From: Bacillales bacterium
GTDB taxonomy: Bacteria; Bacillota; Bacilli; Alicyclobacillales; SLC66
Length of the DNA: 64,000 bases
Reading direction: 5' to 3'
NCBI GenBank assembly: GCA_027343965.1
Contig: DAHWJX010000085.1
Coordinates: 997 to 64,996, forward strand
Positions 37,200-48,253 of this stretch are shown here, one piece after another; within the stretch, counting starts at the first letter, position 1, and every line of letters begins with the position of its first letter. A program made the position numbers and the translations under genes. The notes under the pieces are model-generated. The model was given only the letters and a program-made list of their open reading frames with translations, was not told the origin of the DNA and did no database searches.

Positions 37200-37237
37200 C
37201 TCGGAAAGATGAGCAACGTATGTCAGGGGGTTTTGTA

Positions 37238-38155
37238 ATGAATCACGTGATTAGTGCTAAGGCGTTCACGAAGGATCAACTGCAGTCGCTGCTTGAAGAG
37301 GCGAGTGCCATGCAAAACATACTCTCACAAGGCGGCAGCCGGCTTTTAGACGGGAAAATTATGGCGGCGTTATTTTTTGAACCGTCGACTCGTACCCGCC
37401 TGTCTTTTGAAACGGCCATGCATCGGTTGGGGGGCCATGTGATCAGCACAGAAAATGCTCGTGAATTTTCTTCTGCTATCAAAGGGGAAACTTTGGAAGA
37501 CACAATTCGTGTAGTAAGTGGTTATGCAGACGTCATTGTTCTTCGTCATTATGAGATTGGCGCTGCTTCGCGTGCGGCACTTGTGAGTCAGGTTCCCGTC
37601 TTGTCAGCGGGTGACGGGGCTGGGGAGCATCCAACACAGGCGTTGCTTGATCTTTTCACGATATATCGGGAAATTGGGCGCACAGAAGATGTAACGATAG
37701 CTATGATTGGGGATTTGATGTACGGGCGTACGGTTCATTCCTTGGTGTACATGCTAAGTCAATTTCCTGGCATTCGGTTGATTTGCACGGCCCCGCAAAC
37801 AACACCTATGCCGGCTGATGTCATCGAATATGCCTCGTCGCGAGGCGTGCGCGTAGAATTTGAGCAGGATTTGCATGTGGCAGCAAAAAAAGCCGACGTG
37901 TTATATCAGACAAGGGTACAGAAAGAACGTTTTCCAACGCTCGAACAATACGAGATGAGCCGAGATGCGTACATTATTGATGAATCGATTCTTGAATTGA
38001 TGGGGCAACGCTCGATCATCATGCATCCGTTGCCGAGGCTAGGTGAAATTACGCAAGCGGTTGATCAAGATCCGCGCGCTGCGTATTTTCGACAAACTCA
38101 TTATGGTGTACCCGTGCGCATGGCATTATTGAAGCGAGCGGTCGTGAAGGGATAG
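37238..38155 (+). CDS. pyrB: Aspartate carbamoyltransferase catalytic subunit
   Basis: FFEPSTRTR and HPTQALLD motifs; HPLPR. Confidence 0.95.
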   Translation: MNHVISAKAFTKDQLQSLLEEASAMQNILSQGGSRLLDGKIMAALFFEPSTRTRLSFETAMHRLGGHVISTENAREFSSAIKGETLEDTIRVVSGYADVIVLRHYEIGAASRAALVSQVPVLSAGDGAGEHPTQALLDLFTIYREIGRTEDVTIAMIGDLMYGRTVHSLVYMLSQFPGIRLICTAPQTTPMPADVIEYASSRGVRVEFEQDLHVAAKKADVLYQTRVQKERFPTLEQYEMSRDAYIIDESILELMGQRSIIMHPLPRLGEITQAVDQDPRAAYFRQTHYGVPVRMALLKRAVVKG

Positions 38156-38179
38156 CGAACTGATAGAGGAGGCAAGGCA

Positions 38180-39457
38180 ATGGGCACTTTATTGCAAGGT
38201 GGTTATGTGGTCGATCCTGTACAAGGCACGGTACAGGTCGCTGACATCTTGATGGAGGGAGATGTTATTTCGCGTATCGGACATGCATTGTCTGCAACAG
38301 GACATACGGTGCGCGATATGCGTGACTTGTACGTACTGCCTGGATTGATCGATGTCCACGTGCATTTACGGGAACCTGGTTTTACCCATAAAGAAACGAT
38401 TGAAACCGGTACGCATGCGGCAGCCGCTGGAGGATTTTCACGCGTGTGCAGTATGCCTAACACGTCACCTGTAACAGATGATCCGGAAATCGTACGCTAT
38501 ATCGTCAATGAAGCAAAACGCCATGGGTACGCTACGGTGCATCCGATCGCTGCAGTAACGAAGGGATCCAAAGGAGAACAGGTAACGGACTTTCGTGCTT
38601 TACAAGATGCGGGTGCGGTTGCTTTTTCAGATGATGGGCGGGGTGTGCAATCAGCCGCTATCATGAAAGAAGCTTTACTTCTCGCAAAAACACTGGGCGT
38701 ACCGATCGCCGTTCATGCGGAAGACGAACTGTTGTCGCGTCATGGCGTGATGCATGAGGGGGATGTGTCCCGTGAACTCGGCGTTCAAGGTATCCCAACA
38801 GAAGCGGAAAGTGTTATGATCGCTCGCGATCTTTTATTGGCTAAAGCGACGGGAGCTCATGTGCACATTTGTCATGTGAGTCCTGAAACAGCCGTACATG
38901 CGGTTCGCGAGGCAAAACGCCAAGGTATTCATGTGACGGCGGAAGTGGCGCCCCATCATTTGCTCTTAACGGATCAGGCGGTAAAAACATTGGGCGCACA
39001 TGCCAAAGTAAATCCTCCCTTGCGCTGTGAAGCTGATCGGATAGCTTGCGTACAGGGGTTTCTTGATGGAACACTTGACATCATCGCAACGGATCATGCG
39101 CCACATACACAAGAGGAGAAGGCTCTTGCCATCGATAAGGCGTCTAATGGCTTTGTTGGGCTTGAAATTAGTTTCCCGTTACTTTATACGGCGTTCGTGC
39201 AAAGTGGCCTGATGCCCCTTGTGGAACTTGTTCGGCGTATGTCTTCCCTCCCTGCACAACTTTTTCATCTGCCTGGTGGCCGTTTGCAAGAGGGCGGGCA
39301 GGCAGACCTTACTGTGATTGACCCGTATACGACACGGGTTGTCAACCCGAGGTTGTTTCACTCGAAGGGTAAGGCTACACCGTTTTATGGTAAGTCACTG
39401 GTCGGATGGCCACTTGTAACCTACCATGCTGGGCAGCTAGTCCATGATATCTTATAA
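38180..39457 (+). CDS. pyrC: Dihydroorotase
   Basis: PGLIDVHVHLREPG and ATDHAPH motifs. Confidence 0.95.
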   Translation: MGTLLQGGYVVDPVQGTVQVADILMEGDVISRIGHALSATGHTVRDMRDLYVLPGLIDVHVHLREPGFTHKETIETGTHAAAAGGFSRVCSMPNTSPVTDDPEIVRYIVNEAKRHGYATVHPIAAVTKGSKGEQVTDFRALQDAGAVAFSDDGRGVQSAAIMKEALLLAKTLGVPIAVHAEDELLSRHGVMHEGDVSRELGVQGIPTEAESVMIARDLLLAKATGAHVHICHVSPETAVHAVREAKRQGIHVTAEVAPHHLLLTDQAVKTLGAHAKVNPPLRCEADRIACVQGFLDGTLDIIATDHAPHTQEEKALAIDKASNGFVGLEISFPLLYTAFVQSGLMPLVELVRRMSSLPAQLFHLPGGRLQEGGQADLTVIDPYTTRVVNPRLFHSKGKATPFYGKSLVGWPLVTYHAGQLVHDIL

Positions 39458-39476
39458 GAGAGGGAGGGGATAACCT

Positions 39477-40574
39477 ATGGAAGCACGTTTGTTGCTTGAA
39501 GATGGAACGCTTTTTGCAGGCGTCAGCTTTGGGGCCAGTGGCGAGTCTTTCGGTGAAGTTGTATTTAATACAGGAATGGTCGGCTACCAAGAGGTACTCA
39601 CGGATCCTTCCTACTATGGTCAGATTGTGACGATGACGTATCCGCTTGTCGGCAATTATGGTTGCAATATGGATGACATTGAAAGCACAAAATCGCATGT
39701 GCGAGGTTTTATCGTGCGCGAGGCGGCACAATATCCCAGTCATTATCGCAGTCAGTTGAGTTTAGATGACTATTTGAAACAAGAGAATGTCATTGGCATT
39801 TCTGGTATCGATACAAGGCAACTCACAAGAACGCTGCGCGTACATGGAACGATGCGTGGCGTGATCACGACGCTTGATACACCAGTTGACGAACTGCTTG
39901 ATCGGTTGTTGCATTTTAATCTCCCCAAAGATCAAGTGGCGCAAGTGACGACGAAGTCAGCGTACCGTGTTCCGGCTGACGGTCGACGGATCGTGCTTCT
40001 TGATTTTGGCACGAAAATGGGAACGCTTCGCTCTCTGCGTGAACGCGGTTGTGATATTGTAGTACTACCTGCCTTTTCCACGGTTCAAGAAATTATGGCT
40101 TGGGGACCAAAAGGCATTATGCTTAGCAATGGTCCGGGAGATCCGGAAGATCTGGCGTCCGTAGTCTCGGTGATCCAGGAATTGTTAGGTCATGTCCCGA
40201 TCTTCGGCATTTGTATGGGACACCAGTTGCTTTCGTTAGCTTGTGGAGCGACGACTGAAAAGTTGCAGTTTGGTCATCGTGGTGCCAACCATCCAGTCAA
40301 GGACCTGACAACCAATCGAGTGTATATCACATCGCAAAACCACGGTTTTGTGGTACGCGCTGATTCGTTAGCCAATACCGACTTAGAGCTTACGCATGTC
40401 AATCAAAATGATGGTTCTGTCGAGGGCGTCAGCCATAAAGTCAAATCTGCATTTTCTGTTCAGTATCACCCAGAGGCTCGTCCAGGCCCTGATGATAGCG
40501 ACTATTTGTTTGATGATTTTCTAACGATGATCGATGCATTTTGGGAAGGGGGCAAGAACATTGCCAAAGCATGA
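39477..40574 (+). CDS. carA: Carbamoyl-phosphate synthase small (glutaminase) subunit
   Basis: [17 protein letters not shown], the GICMGHQ catalytic Cys, and HPE. Confidence 0.95.
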   Translation: MEARLLLEDGTLFAGVSFGASGESFGEVVFNTGMVGYQEVLTDPSYYGQIVTMTYPLVGNYGCNMDDIESTKSHVRGFIVREAAQYPSHYRSQLSLDDYLKQENVIGISGIDTRQLTRTLRVHGTMRGVITTLDTPVDELLDRLLHFNLPKDQVAQVTTKSAYRVPADGRRIVLLDFGTKMGTLRSLRERGCDIVVLPAFSTVQEIMAWGPKGIMLSNGPGDPEDLASVVSVIQELLGHVPIFGICMGHQLLSLACGATTEKLQFGHRGANHPVKDLTTNRVYITSQNHGFVVRADSLANTDLELTHVNQNDGSVEGVSHKVKSAFSVQYHPEARPGPDDSDYLFDDFLTMIDAFWEGGKNIAKA

Positions 40575-43500
40575 CGATATTACGTCGATCCTTGTGATTG
40601 GGTCAGGGCCGATCGTTATCGGTCAAGCGGCCGAGTTTGATTATGCCGGTACACAAGCTTGCCAATCGCTAAAAGATGAGGGTATTCGGGTAGTTCTTGT
40701 GAATTCAAACCCCGCGACGATCATGACAGACCCTGATATTGCTGATCGTGTCTATGTGGAACCTTTAAATGTTGAATTTCTCTCCCAGATTATTCGTAAG
40801 GAACGGCCTGATGGGTTGTTGGCTACGTTGGGTGGTCAGACAGGACTCAATTTGGCTGTTGCATTGGCCGAATCGGGCGTCTTAGACGAACAACGCGTGC
40901 GGTTATTGGGTACATCTCTTGAATCGATTAAAATGGCGGAAGATCGTGAAAAGTTTCGTGATTTGATGAATCAGTTAGGTGAGCCAATTCCAGATAGCGC
41001 TATCGTGACTACGATGGAAGAAGCGCGTGAGTTTCTTCAACGCATCGGTTTGCCGATCATCATTCGACCCGCATATACCTTGGGTGGAACAGGCGGCGGA
41101 ATTGCTACGACGCAAGAAGAATTTTTCTCTTTGGTCGAACTTGGTTTGACGTTATCTCCGATCACGCAAGTGTTAGTTGAACGCAGTATTGCAGGATGCA
41201 AAGAATTGGAATATGAAGTGATGCGCGATCATGCAGACAATTGTATCGTGATCTGCAATATGGAAAATATCGATCCTGTCGGCGTTCATACAGGAGACAG
41301 TATCGTTGTGGCGCCAAGTCAAACCTTGACAGATCAAGAGTATCAGATGCTTCGCGCCGCTAGCTTGCGAATCATTCGTGCTCTTGGCATCGAAGGTGGA
41401 TGCAATATACAGTTTGCGCTCGATCCATTTTCCAAACAATACTACGTTATCGAAGTCAATCCTCGGGTGAGTCGTTCTAGTGCTGTAGCTTCAAAAGCGA
41501 CAGGCTATCCGATCGCAAAAATGGCGTCGAAAATTGCTTTGGGCTATACGTTGGATGAACTGATCAATCCGATTACGGGTCAGACGTATGCCTGTTTTGA
41601 ACCTGCTCTCGATTATATCGTTACGAAGATTCCGCGTTGGCCGTTTGACAAGTTTGCCAGTGCAGAACGCCACCTCGGTACACAGATGAAAGCCACGGGT
41701 GAAGTGATGGCCTTGGGACGATCATTTGAAGAATCGTTCATGAAAGCTGTCCGGTCTCTTGAGATAGGGCTTGATTGTTTAACATTGCCGTCTGTCAAAG
41801 AAGTGTCGACAGAAACCCTGTGGCAACGTGTGCAAAAACCTGATGATGAACGATTATTTGTTGTCTATGAGTTGCTTGAGCGCGATGCAACGATCGAAGA
41901 GTTGTACGAAGTCACCCGGATAGATCCGTTTTTCTTATATAAGTTTAGACAGATTCTCGAGTTGTCGAGAAATGTACAAACCGGTTTGACGGATGAAATG
42001 TTGTATCAAGCCAAACGCAATGGATTTCCAGATCGCTATATCGCAAGGCTAGTAGGACAATCGGAAACGGCGATTCGAGAACGTCGTGAAGCGTTAGCGC
42101 TGCGTCCAGTGTATAAAATGGTAGATACGTGTGCCGCTGAATTTAGCGCCCAAACTCCATATTATTACTCGACGTATGAACGCGAAGATGAAGTAAAGGA
42201 ATCGACCGCGCAAAAGGTGCTTGTCCTTGGATCGGGTCCAATTCGCATCGGACAGGGCATCGAATTTGACTATTGCTCTGTACACGCCTCACTTGCATTG
42301 ACAGATCATGGGTATGAATCGATCGTGATTAATAACAATCCAGAAACTGTGTCGACCGACTTTAACATGTCAAGCCGCCTCTACTTTGAACCTCTTTTTG
42401 TTGAAGATGTAATGCATGTGATTGAACGAGAGAAACCACTTGGTGTTATCGTGCAATTTGGTGGACAGACAGCGATCAATTTGGCCCAACCTTTGGCAAG
42501 CCGTGGCGTTACCATTCTCGGGACATCCGTGCAAGACATTGATCGTGCTGAAAATCGCGAGAAATTTGATGATCTTTTGACGGAGTTAGATATTTTACGG
42601 CCTGCAGGTCACGCTGTGACGAATTTGGAGGAAGCGATCGCCGCAGCGAACGATTTACAGTTTCCTGTTCTCGTGCGTCCTTCCTATGTTTTAGGCGGCC
42701 GTGCCATGCAGATCGTTTATTCACAAAACGAATTGCAGGATTATATGAAAGAGGCTGTGCAGGCGTCTGCTGAACATCCTGTTTTAATTGATCGTTATCT
42801 CACGGGAACCGAAGTGGAAGTAGACGCGATATCGGACGGGGACACGGTAGTCATCCCGGGGATTATGGAACATGTGGAACGTGCTGGAGTCCACTCAGGT
42901 GACTCGATTGCTGTGTATCCTGCACAGTCACTCTCATCGGAGATTCAGCAGAAAATTGTGGATGACACGATTCAAATTGCCCGCGGACTGCACGTGATCG
43001 GTTTGGTCAACATTCAATTTGTCGTCCATGCAGGAAATGTCTATGTGCTGGAGGTCAACCCGCGTTCGTCGCGCACCATTCCTTTTTTGAGCAAAGTGAC
43101 CGGTATAAAGATGGTCGATGTGGCGATGAAAGCTGTTATGGGGCAACGTCTTCGCGACTTGGGTTACAAAACAGGCTTAGTTCCCGCAACAGATTTAGTA
43201 TCGGTAAAAGTACCTGTGTTTTCTTTCGCCAAATTGCGCGAAGTCGACGTGTTTTTAGGGCCCGAGATGAAATCAACAGGTGAAGTCATGGGGACGGATA
43301 CCACATTTTCTAAGGCGCTGTATAAAGGTATGCTGGCAGCTGGTTTTCGTTTTCCTGACCGCGGTGCGATCATTGCGACGATCGCCGATAAGGATAAGTT
43401 AGAAGCACTCCCCATTTTGCGCGGGCTTGCGACACTTGGGTTTCAGATCTATGCTACAGAAGGCACGGCGAGTTTTCTTGAACGCTATGGTATCGTGGCT

Positions 43501-43749
43501 CACGTTGTCAATAAAATCTCTTCAGGAGAACCTTCCTTGCTCGATCTCATTCGCGGTGGTGTAGCCACGATGGTTATCAATACGCTGACGCGCGGGAGAA
43601 AACCTGAACGCGATGGTTTTCGTATCCGACGTGAGGCTGTTGAACATGCGATTCCTTGTCTAACATCCCTTGATACGGCTAAGGCGGTGTTTGATGTATT
43701 AACAGCCCTTCGGTTTTCAACCACGCCATTACGGGCTGCAAGTCATTAG
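40561..43749 (+). CDS. carB: Carbamoyl-phosphate synthase large subunit
   Basis: TTG 40561 after [33 protein letters not shown] and a duplicated ATP-grasp halves architecture. About 1062 aa. Confidence 0.96.
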   Translation: MPKHDDITSILVIGSGPIVIGQAAEFDYAGTQACQSLKDEGIRVVLVNSNPATIMTDPDIADRVYVEPLNVEFLSQIIRKERPDGLLATLGGQTGLNLAVALAESGVLDEQRVRLLGTSLESIKMAEDREKFRDLMNQLGEPIPDSAIVTTMEEAREFLQRIGLPIIIRPAYTLGGTGGGIATTQEEFFSLVELGLTLSPITQVLVERSIAGCKELEYEVMRDHADNCIVICNMENIDPVGVHTGDSIVVAPSQTLTDQEYQMLRAASLRIIRALGIEGGCNIQFALDPFSKQYYVIEVNPRVSRSSAVASKATGYPIAKMASKIALGYTLDELINPITGQTYACFEPALDYIVTKIPRWPFDKFASAERHLGTQMKATGEVMALGRSFEESFMKAVRSLEIGLDCLTLPSVKEVSTETLWQRVQKPDDERLFVVYELLERDATIEELYEVTRIDPFFLYKFRQILELSRNVQTGLTDEMLYQAKRNGFPDRYIARLVGQSETAIRERREALALRPVYKMVDTCAAEFSAQTPYYYSTYEREDEVKESTAQKVLVLGSGPIRIGQGIEFDYCSVHASLALTDHGYESIVINNNPETVSTDFNMSSRLYFEPLFVEDVMHVIEREKPLGVIVQFGGQTAINLAQPLASRGVTILGTSVQDIDRAENREKFDDLLTELDILRPAGHAVTNLEEAIAAANDLQFPVLVRPSYVLGGRAMQIVYSQNELQDYMKEAVQASAEHPVLIDRYLTGTEVEVDAISDGDTVVIPGIMEHVERAGVHSGDSIAVYPAQSLSSEIQQKIVDDTIQIARGLHVIGLVNIQFVVHAGNVYVLEVNPRSSRTIPFLSKVTGIKMVDVAMKAVMGQRLRDLGYKTGLVPATDLVSVKVPVFSFAKLREVDVFLGPEMKSTGEVMGTDTTFSKALYKGMLAAGFRFPDRGAIIATIADKDKLEALPILRGLATLGFQIYATEGTASFLERYGIVAHVVNKISSGEPSLLDLIRGGVATMVINTLTRGRKPERDGFRIRREAVEHAIPCLTSLDTAKAVFDVLTALRFSTTPLRAASH

Positions 43750-43760
43750 AGGTGGGTGTC

Positions 43761-44540
43761 ATGGGATACGTATCAGTAATTTCACAAAAAGCCTTGACGG
43801 CTGACGTTTATTTGCTCACGTTTGAGTCACCCACAGATTTATCGCTTGGGTATGAGCCGGGACAATTTCTACACTTTCGTGTGACCGATTCGTTTGATTT
43901 TACCTTGCGCAGACCGCTCTCCTTATGTGCGGCAGATGTAGAAAACAATCACATTACGGTGGTATATCGTGCACAAGGTGAGGGAACCAAACGCTTGATA
44001 CGCCTTAAAGCAGGGGATCAGGTGGATGTGCTTGGCCCATTGGGTCACGGCTTTCCTGCTCACGAAGGAGATACACAAGTGCTTTTGATTGGTGGCGGCA
44101 TCGGTGTGCCGCCTCTCATCCAACTGGCACGGCAATTTCATGAAAGTAAGGTTCGTGTTGTTTCTGCGCTTGGTTTTGCGACGAAAGCACAAGTGATTTT
44201 GCTTGATGAATTGTCTGATTGTGGGTCGCTTTTCGTTGCAACGGAAGATGGCAGTATCGGGCAACATGGTTTTGTAACGCAACTCTTGACTGAGGATTTT
44301 TGTGTGGGTATCGATCGTTACTATGCATGCGGACCGACCCCCATGTTAAAAGCTGTGCAACGGGTCATGAAAGATCGCAACATAGCGGGGTACTTATCCT
44401 TAGAAGAGCGAATGGGTTGCGGCATCGGTATTTGTGTGGGCTGTGTTCATCCGATTGCTAGAGACGGCAAGGTTGTCAATCGAAAAACTTGTAAAGAAGG
44501 ACCAGTCTTTTTAGCTGAGGAGGTGATTTTTGATGAATAA
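43761..44540 (+). CDS. pyrK: Dihydroorotate dehydrogenase electron-transfer subunit PyrK
   Basis: FAD/NAD-binding fold ([14 protein letters not shown]) and C-terminal 2Fe-2S cysteines (CGIGICVGC...C). Confidence 0.92.
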   Translation: MGYVSVISQKALTADVYLLTFESPTDLSLGYEPGQFLHFRVTDSFDFTLRRPLSLCAADVENNHITVVYRAQGEGTKRLIRLKAGDQVDVLGPLGHGFPAHEGDTQVLLIGGGIGVPPLIQLARQFHESKVRVVSALGFATKAQVILLDELSDCGSLFVATEDGSIGQHGFVTQLLTEDFCVGIDRYYACGPTPMLKAVQRVMKDRNIAGYLSLEERMGCGIGICVGCVHPIARDGKVVNRKTCKEGPVFLAEEVIFDE

Positions 44541-45465
44541 ATCGCCTAACTCAGTCGATTTGCAAGTGAAGTTTCTCTCTTTGACGCTGAAAAATCCTGT
44601 GATGCCAGCATCGGGATGTTTTTCTTTCGGGCAAGAGATGGCAGGTTTCTACGATCTTGATCTCCTTGGAGCTGTCGTCGTCAAAGCCACCACACTTGAA
44701 GAACGTTCCGGCAATAAAGCACCCCGACTTGCAGAAACACCTGCAGGGATGCTGAATTCTATCGGTCTGCAAAATCCAGGTGTGACGCAGGTTATTCACG
44801 AGGAATTGCCACGTTTTCGTCAATACCCTCGCTTGCCAGTCATTGTTAACGTGGCTGGTACGGCTGTGGAAGACTACGTGGAAGTTGTGGAAAGACTGAA
44901 TGAAAGCACAGATGTGTCGGCTATTGAATTAAATATTTCTTGCCCGAACGTCAAGTGCGGTGGTATTCAATTTGGTACCGATCCTGATATGGCTGCGGGC
45001 ATGGTACGTGCGATCAAATCTGTCACGAGGGTTCCTTTGATCGTCAAACTATCCCCCAACGTAGCGGACATCGTAGAAATGGCCTTAGCTGTCGAAGATG
45101 CTGGAGCAGATGCGATTTCACTGATCAATACGTTGATCGGTATGCAGATCGACATTGAAAAGAGGCGGCCACTTCTTGCCAACGGTATTGGCGGGTTGTC
45201 TGGTCCTGCGATTAAACCTGTCGCTGTGCGTATGGTGTATGAGGTAAGCAGTAAGGTTCAGGTTCCTGTTCTTGGAATTGGTGGTATTCGGACAGGCCGC
45301 GATGTGGTCGAATTTTTGATGGCAGGTGCTTCGGCTGTACAAGTAGGCACGGCCAATTTTACCGATCCTATGGCTTGCCCGCGTATCATTGATGAACTTG
45401 CAATATGGTGCGACCATCACGGAGTAAAGAAAGTGACAGATCTTATCGGTGCAGCACGAAGCTAG
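44533..45465 (+). CDS. pyrD: Dihydroorotate dehydrogenase (class 1B) catalytic subunit
   Basis: [27 protein letters not shown] and GGI..G.D motifs. Confidence 0.95.
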   Translation: MNKSPNSVDLQVKFLSLTLKNPVMPASGCFSFGQEMAGFYDLDLLGAVVVKATTLEERSGNKAPRLAETPAGMLNSIGLQNPGVTQVIHEELPRFRQYPRLPVIVNVAGTAVEDYVEVVERLNESTDVSAIELNISCPNVKCGGIQFGTDPDMAAGMVRAIKSVTRVPLIVKLSPNVADIVEMALAVEDAGADAISLINTLIGMQIDIEKRRPLLANGIGGLSGPAIKPVAVRMVYEVSSKVQVPVLGIGGIRTGRDVVEFLMAGASAVQVGTANFTDPMACPRIIDELAIWCDHHGVKKVTDLIGAARS

Positions 45466-45478
45466 GGGGAACTCTAAG

Positions 45479-46213
45479 TTGTTACAAGATGATCTTAAAA
45501 AACAACAAACACCGCCTGTATTCGTTGCATTAGACAGCTCGTCTGTGCAAGAGGTGCAACATATCGTTGCCACCTTGGGGGACTTAGGTACGCATTATAA
45601 GATTGGGCTGCAAGCATACATGGCTTTGGGCCGTTCGTTTGTGGAAAAATTACTTGCCCAAGATAAGACCGTGTTTCTTGATCTTAAGTTTATGGATATA
45701 CCAAACACCGTGCGTTATGCTGTAAAAGAGGGAGTTTCCATGGGGGTATCCATGCTAACAGTTCACGCTTTAGGTGGTTTGCCTATGCTTTGTGCAGCAG
45801 TAAATGAGGCAAACGAAGCGTCTACAAGCAAAACAGCGACAAAAATTTTGGCTGTTACGTATCTGACTAGCCTTTCGCAAGGTACAATGCCTTTATCAAT
45901 GCAGCGTCAGGGAAATTTCCTTGATCAGGTCCTAGAACTTGCACACGTAGCGAGTGAAGCGAATGTTCACGGTGTGGTATGTTCAGCAGAGGAACTTGTC
46001 GCTGTCAAAGCCAACTATCCGAGCCTAAAAGCACTTGTGCCAGGTATTCGCCCACAGGGGATACAAAAGCAGGATCAGGCTCGCACGGCGACACCGTTTG
46101 AAGCCAAACAACGTGGTGCTGATTATTTGGTTGTGGGTCGTCCTATTACTCAAGCAAAGGATCCACAACATGTGTTGCAAGATATTCTCGATGAACTAAG
46201 AGACAGAGTATAA
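45479..46213 (+). CDS. pyrF: Orotidine 5'-phosphate decarboxylase
   Basis: TTG after GGGGGA. VALD...YKIG...FLDLKFMDIPNT motifs. Confidence 0.93.
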   Translation: MLQDDLKKQQTPPVFVALDSSSVQEVQHIVATLGDLGTHYKIGLQAYMALGRSFVEKLLAQDKTVFLDLKFMDIPNTVRYAVKEGVSMGVSMLTVHALGGLPMLCAAVNEANEASTSKTATKILAVTYLTSLSQGTMPLSMQRQGNFLDQVLELAHVASEANVHGVVCSAEELVAVKANYPSLKALVPGIRPQGIQKQDQARTATPFEAKQRGADYLVVGRPITQAKDPQHVLQDILDELRDRV

Positions 46214-46225
46214 GGAGTGTACATC

Positions 46226-46879
46226 ATGGAATCGTTAGTCATATCCCCATTTGCTAAAGAAGCGGCTCTTGCTTTACTACAGATTGGTGCGGTGACGCTT
46301 CGCCCACAGGAACCCTATGTGTGGGCGTCAGGCATAAAGTCGCCGATGTATTGTGATAACCGCCTTACGTTATCATATCCGCCGCTTCGATCACGCATCG
46401 CCAATTGGTTGACGGAATGCATTTATCAGTATGGAGCGAACATTGAGTGTGTGGCGGGAACTGCAACAGCTGGTATCGCTCATGCAGCAGTAGCGGCAGA
46501 TCGTCTACGCTTACCGATGGTGTATGTGCGCAGCAGTGCAAAAGATCACGGGAAGAAAAATCTTGTGGAAGGGAGACTGCTTCCGGATCAACAAGTTGTG
46601 GTGGTGGAAGATACGGTGTCGACAGGCGGCAGTGTGATTAGCGCGATAACCGGGTTGCGCGAAGAAGGGGCGATTGTTTCGTTCGCCTTGGCCATCTTTA
46701 CATACGGGTTTGAAGAAACCGCACAAGCTTTTTCGCAGGCAGGAGTTCCGCTCATTGCGATCACAGACTTCAGGACCCTCGTCGACGTCGCTGCCCAACA
46801 TGGGTACTTACAAAAAGAGGATGTTTCAACCTTGTTACGCTTTCGTGAAGACCCGCATAGTTACGCGATCAGTCGTTGA
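46226..46879 (+). CDS. pyrE: Orotate phosphoribosyltransferase
   Basis: ATG 9 nt after AGGAG. The VVVVEDTVSTGGS PRPP-binding motif. Confidence 0.93.
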   Translation: MESLVISPFAKEAALALLQIGAVTLRPQEPYVWASGIKSPMYCDNRLTLSYPPLRSRIANWLTECIYQYGANIECVAGTATAGIAHAAVAADRLRLPMVYVRSSAKDHGKKNLVEGRLLPDQQVVVVEDTVSTGGSVISAITGLREEGAIVSFALAIFTYGFEETAQAFSQAGVPLIAITDFRTLVDVAAQHGYLQKEDVSTLLRFREDPHSYAISR

Positions 46880-46941
46880 CCGTTTGCTGAATACCACCTT
46901 ATAATGGCAGTGGATTATATGAAGTAAACGGGAGAATGTCC

Positions 46942-48201
46942 ATGCCTTTATATTCTGAACAAGAAGTTAACGATAACGAGCGATTAAGTGTTATTAATGG
47001 TAGCTATGCGACGGTTGGCATCAGTATCGTTAGCAATTTTGCGCCGCTATTTGTCCTTCGTGCTCTGCATGCTACTTCACAAGAAGTCGCTCTCCTTAAC
47101 TCTTTGCCAGCGTTAATGGCGATCGTCGCCACATGGCTTGGTGCGTTATGGATGTCTGCTGTACAAAGCAAAAAGAAGTTTTGCGTTCGCGCTAGTTTTG
47201 TAGCGCGAGTCTTTTATATTTTACTTGCCACGGTACCTTTTTTCGTGCATGGTAGTGCTTTGGCTTTAGTGGTTGTTTTGCTTATTGCCATTATGAACTT
47301 TCCACAATCGTTTACAGCTTTATCATGGCAGTCTTTAATTGGTGATCTGATACCAGAAAATCATCGTGCACATTTTTTTAGCGTTCGCAATCGCATAACT
47401 ACCTTTGTTGGGATGCTTACCACGCTGATTCCAGGCATTATCCTACAGTTCTTTCCGGTTTCTAGTGTTCCACCGTACCAAGCGTTCTTTTTTGTTTCTG
47501 CATTATGTTCCGTTATGGAAATCTATTACCTCATTCGTCATAGAGAACATGTCGATCAGAGGCCCGACAAGAAAACACCTGCCATTTTAAATCCTAGGAT
47601 GTTTGTCGTTTTTTTGCGCCGTCCATCCTATCGTAAGTTTTTGATAGGTGCCGTCATTTTTAATGTTGGATGGCAAATGGCATGGCCGCTTTTTAATATT
47701 TTTCAAATTAAGTATGCTGGTGCGACCGCAATTTGGGTCAGTTCTTTTATTGTTGCCAACCAGGTATCACAAATTGTGACGTATATGTATTGGGGGAAAC
47801 TCTCGGAGAAATTCGGTAACTCCATGACACTTGCGATCGCCTGCTTTGGCATGGCAGTTTCCCCTGTCCTTACCATGCTTTCAACAGGCATGGTGTACCT
47901 TGTGGTCATCAATCTGTTAACAGGTACCTTTGTTGCGGGAGTCAATGTGTTGCAATTTAACCATCTCTTGGACGTCGCGCCATTAGAACATCGCACGGCA
48001 TATATTGCGCATTTTAACATCGTCATGGGCTTTGTGGGATTTGTTGCACCTGAGATCGGAGTCAATTTGTTGTCGTTGATTTCCATGGATCCAGCGATGA
48101 TCATATCTACCTTAGTTCGCGCAGGCGGTGGATTATTTTTCTTTTTTGTCGTGGCCAAAGCGGTCATGTCACAAAGTAGTAACGCAACAGCAAGTTTGTA
48201 A
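46942..48201 (+). CDS. MFS-type transporter (about 12 TM helices), substrate unknown
   Basis: Twelve hydrophobic segments in a 6+6 layout with a central basic loop (HREHVDQRPDKK). ATG 46942 lies 7 nt after GGAG. Confidence 0.7.
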   Translation: MPLYSEQEVNDNERLSVINGSYATVGISIVSNFAPLFVLRALHATSQEVALLNSLPALMAIVATWLGALWMSAVQSKKKFCVRASFVARVFYILLATVPFFVHGSALALVVVLLIAIMNFPQSFTALSWQSLIGDLIPENHRAHFFSVRNRITTFVGMLTTLIPGIILQFFPVSSVPPYQAFFFVSALCSVMEIYYLIRHREHVDQRPDKKTPAILNPRMFVVFLRRPSYRKFLIGAVIFNVGWQMAWPLFNIFQIKYAGATAIWVSSFIVANQVSQIVTYMYWGKLSEKFGNSMTLAIACFGMAVSPVLTMLSTGMVYLVVINLLTGTFVAGVNVLQFNHLLDVAPLEHRTAYIAHFNIVMGFVGFVAPEIGVNLLSLISMDPAMIISTLVRAGGGLFFFFVVAKAVMSQSSNATASL

Positions 48202-48253
48202 GGGGAGGATTTCGGGAACACTACGCAGTAGACTGTTGCGGGAATGATGCCTG

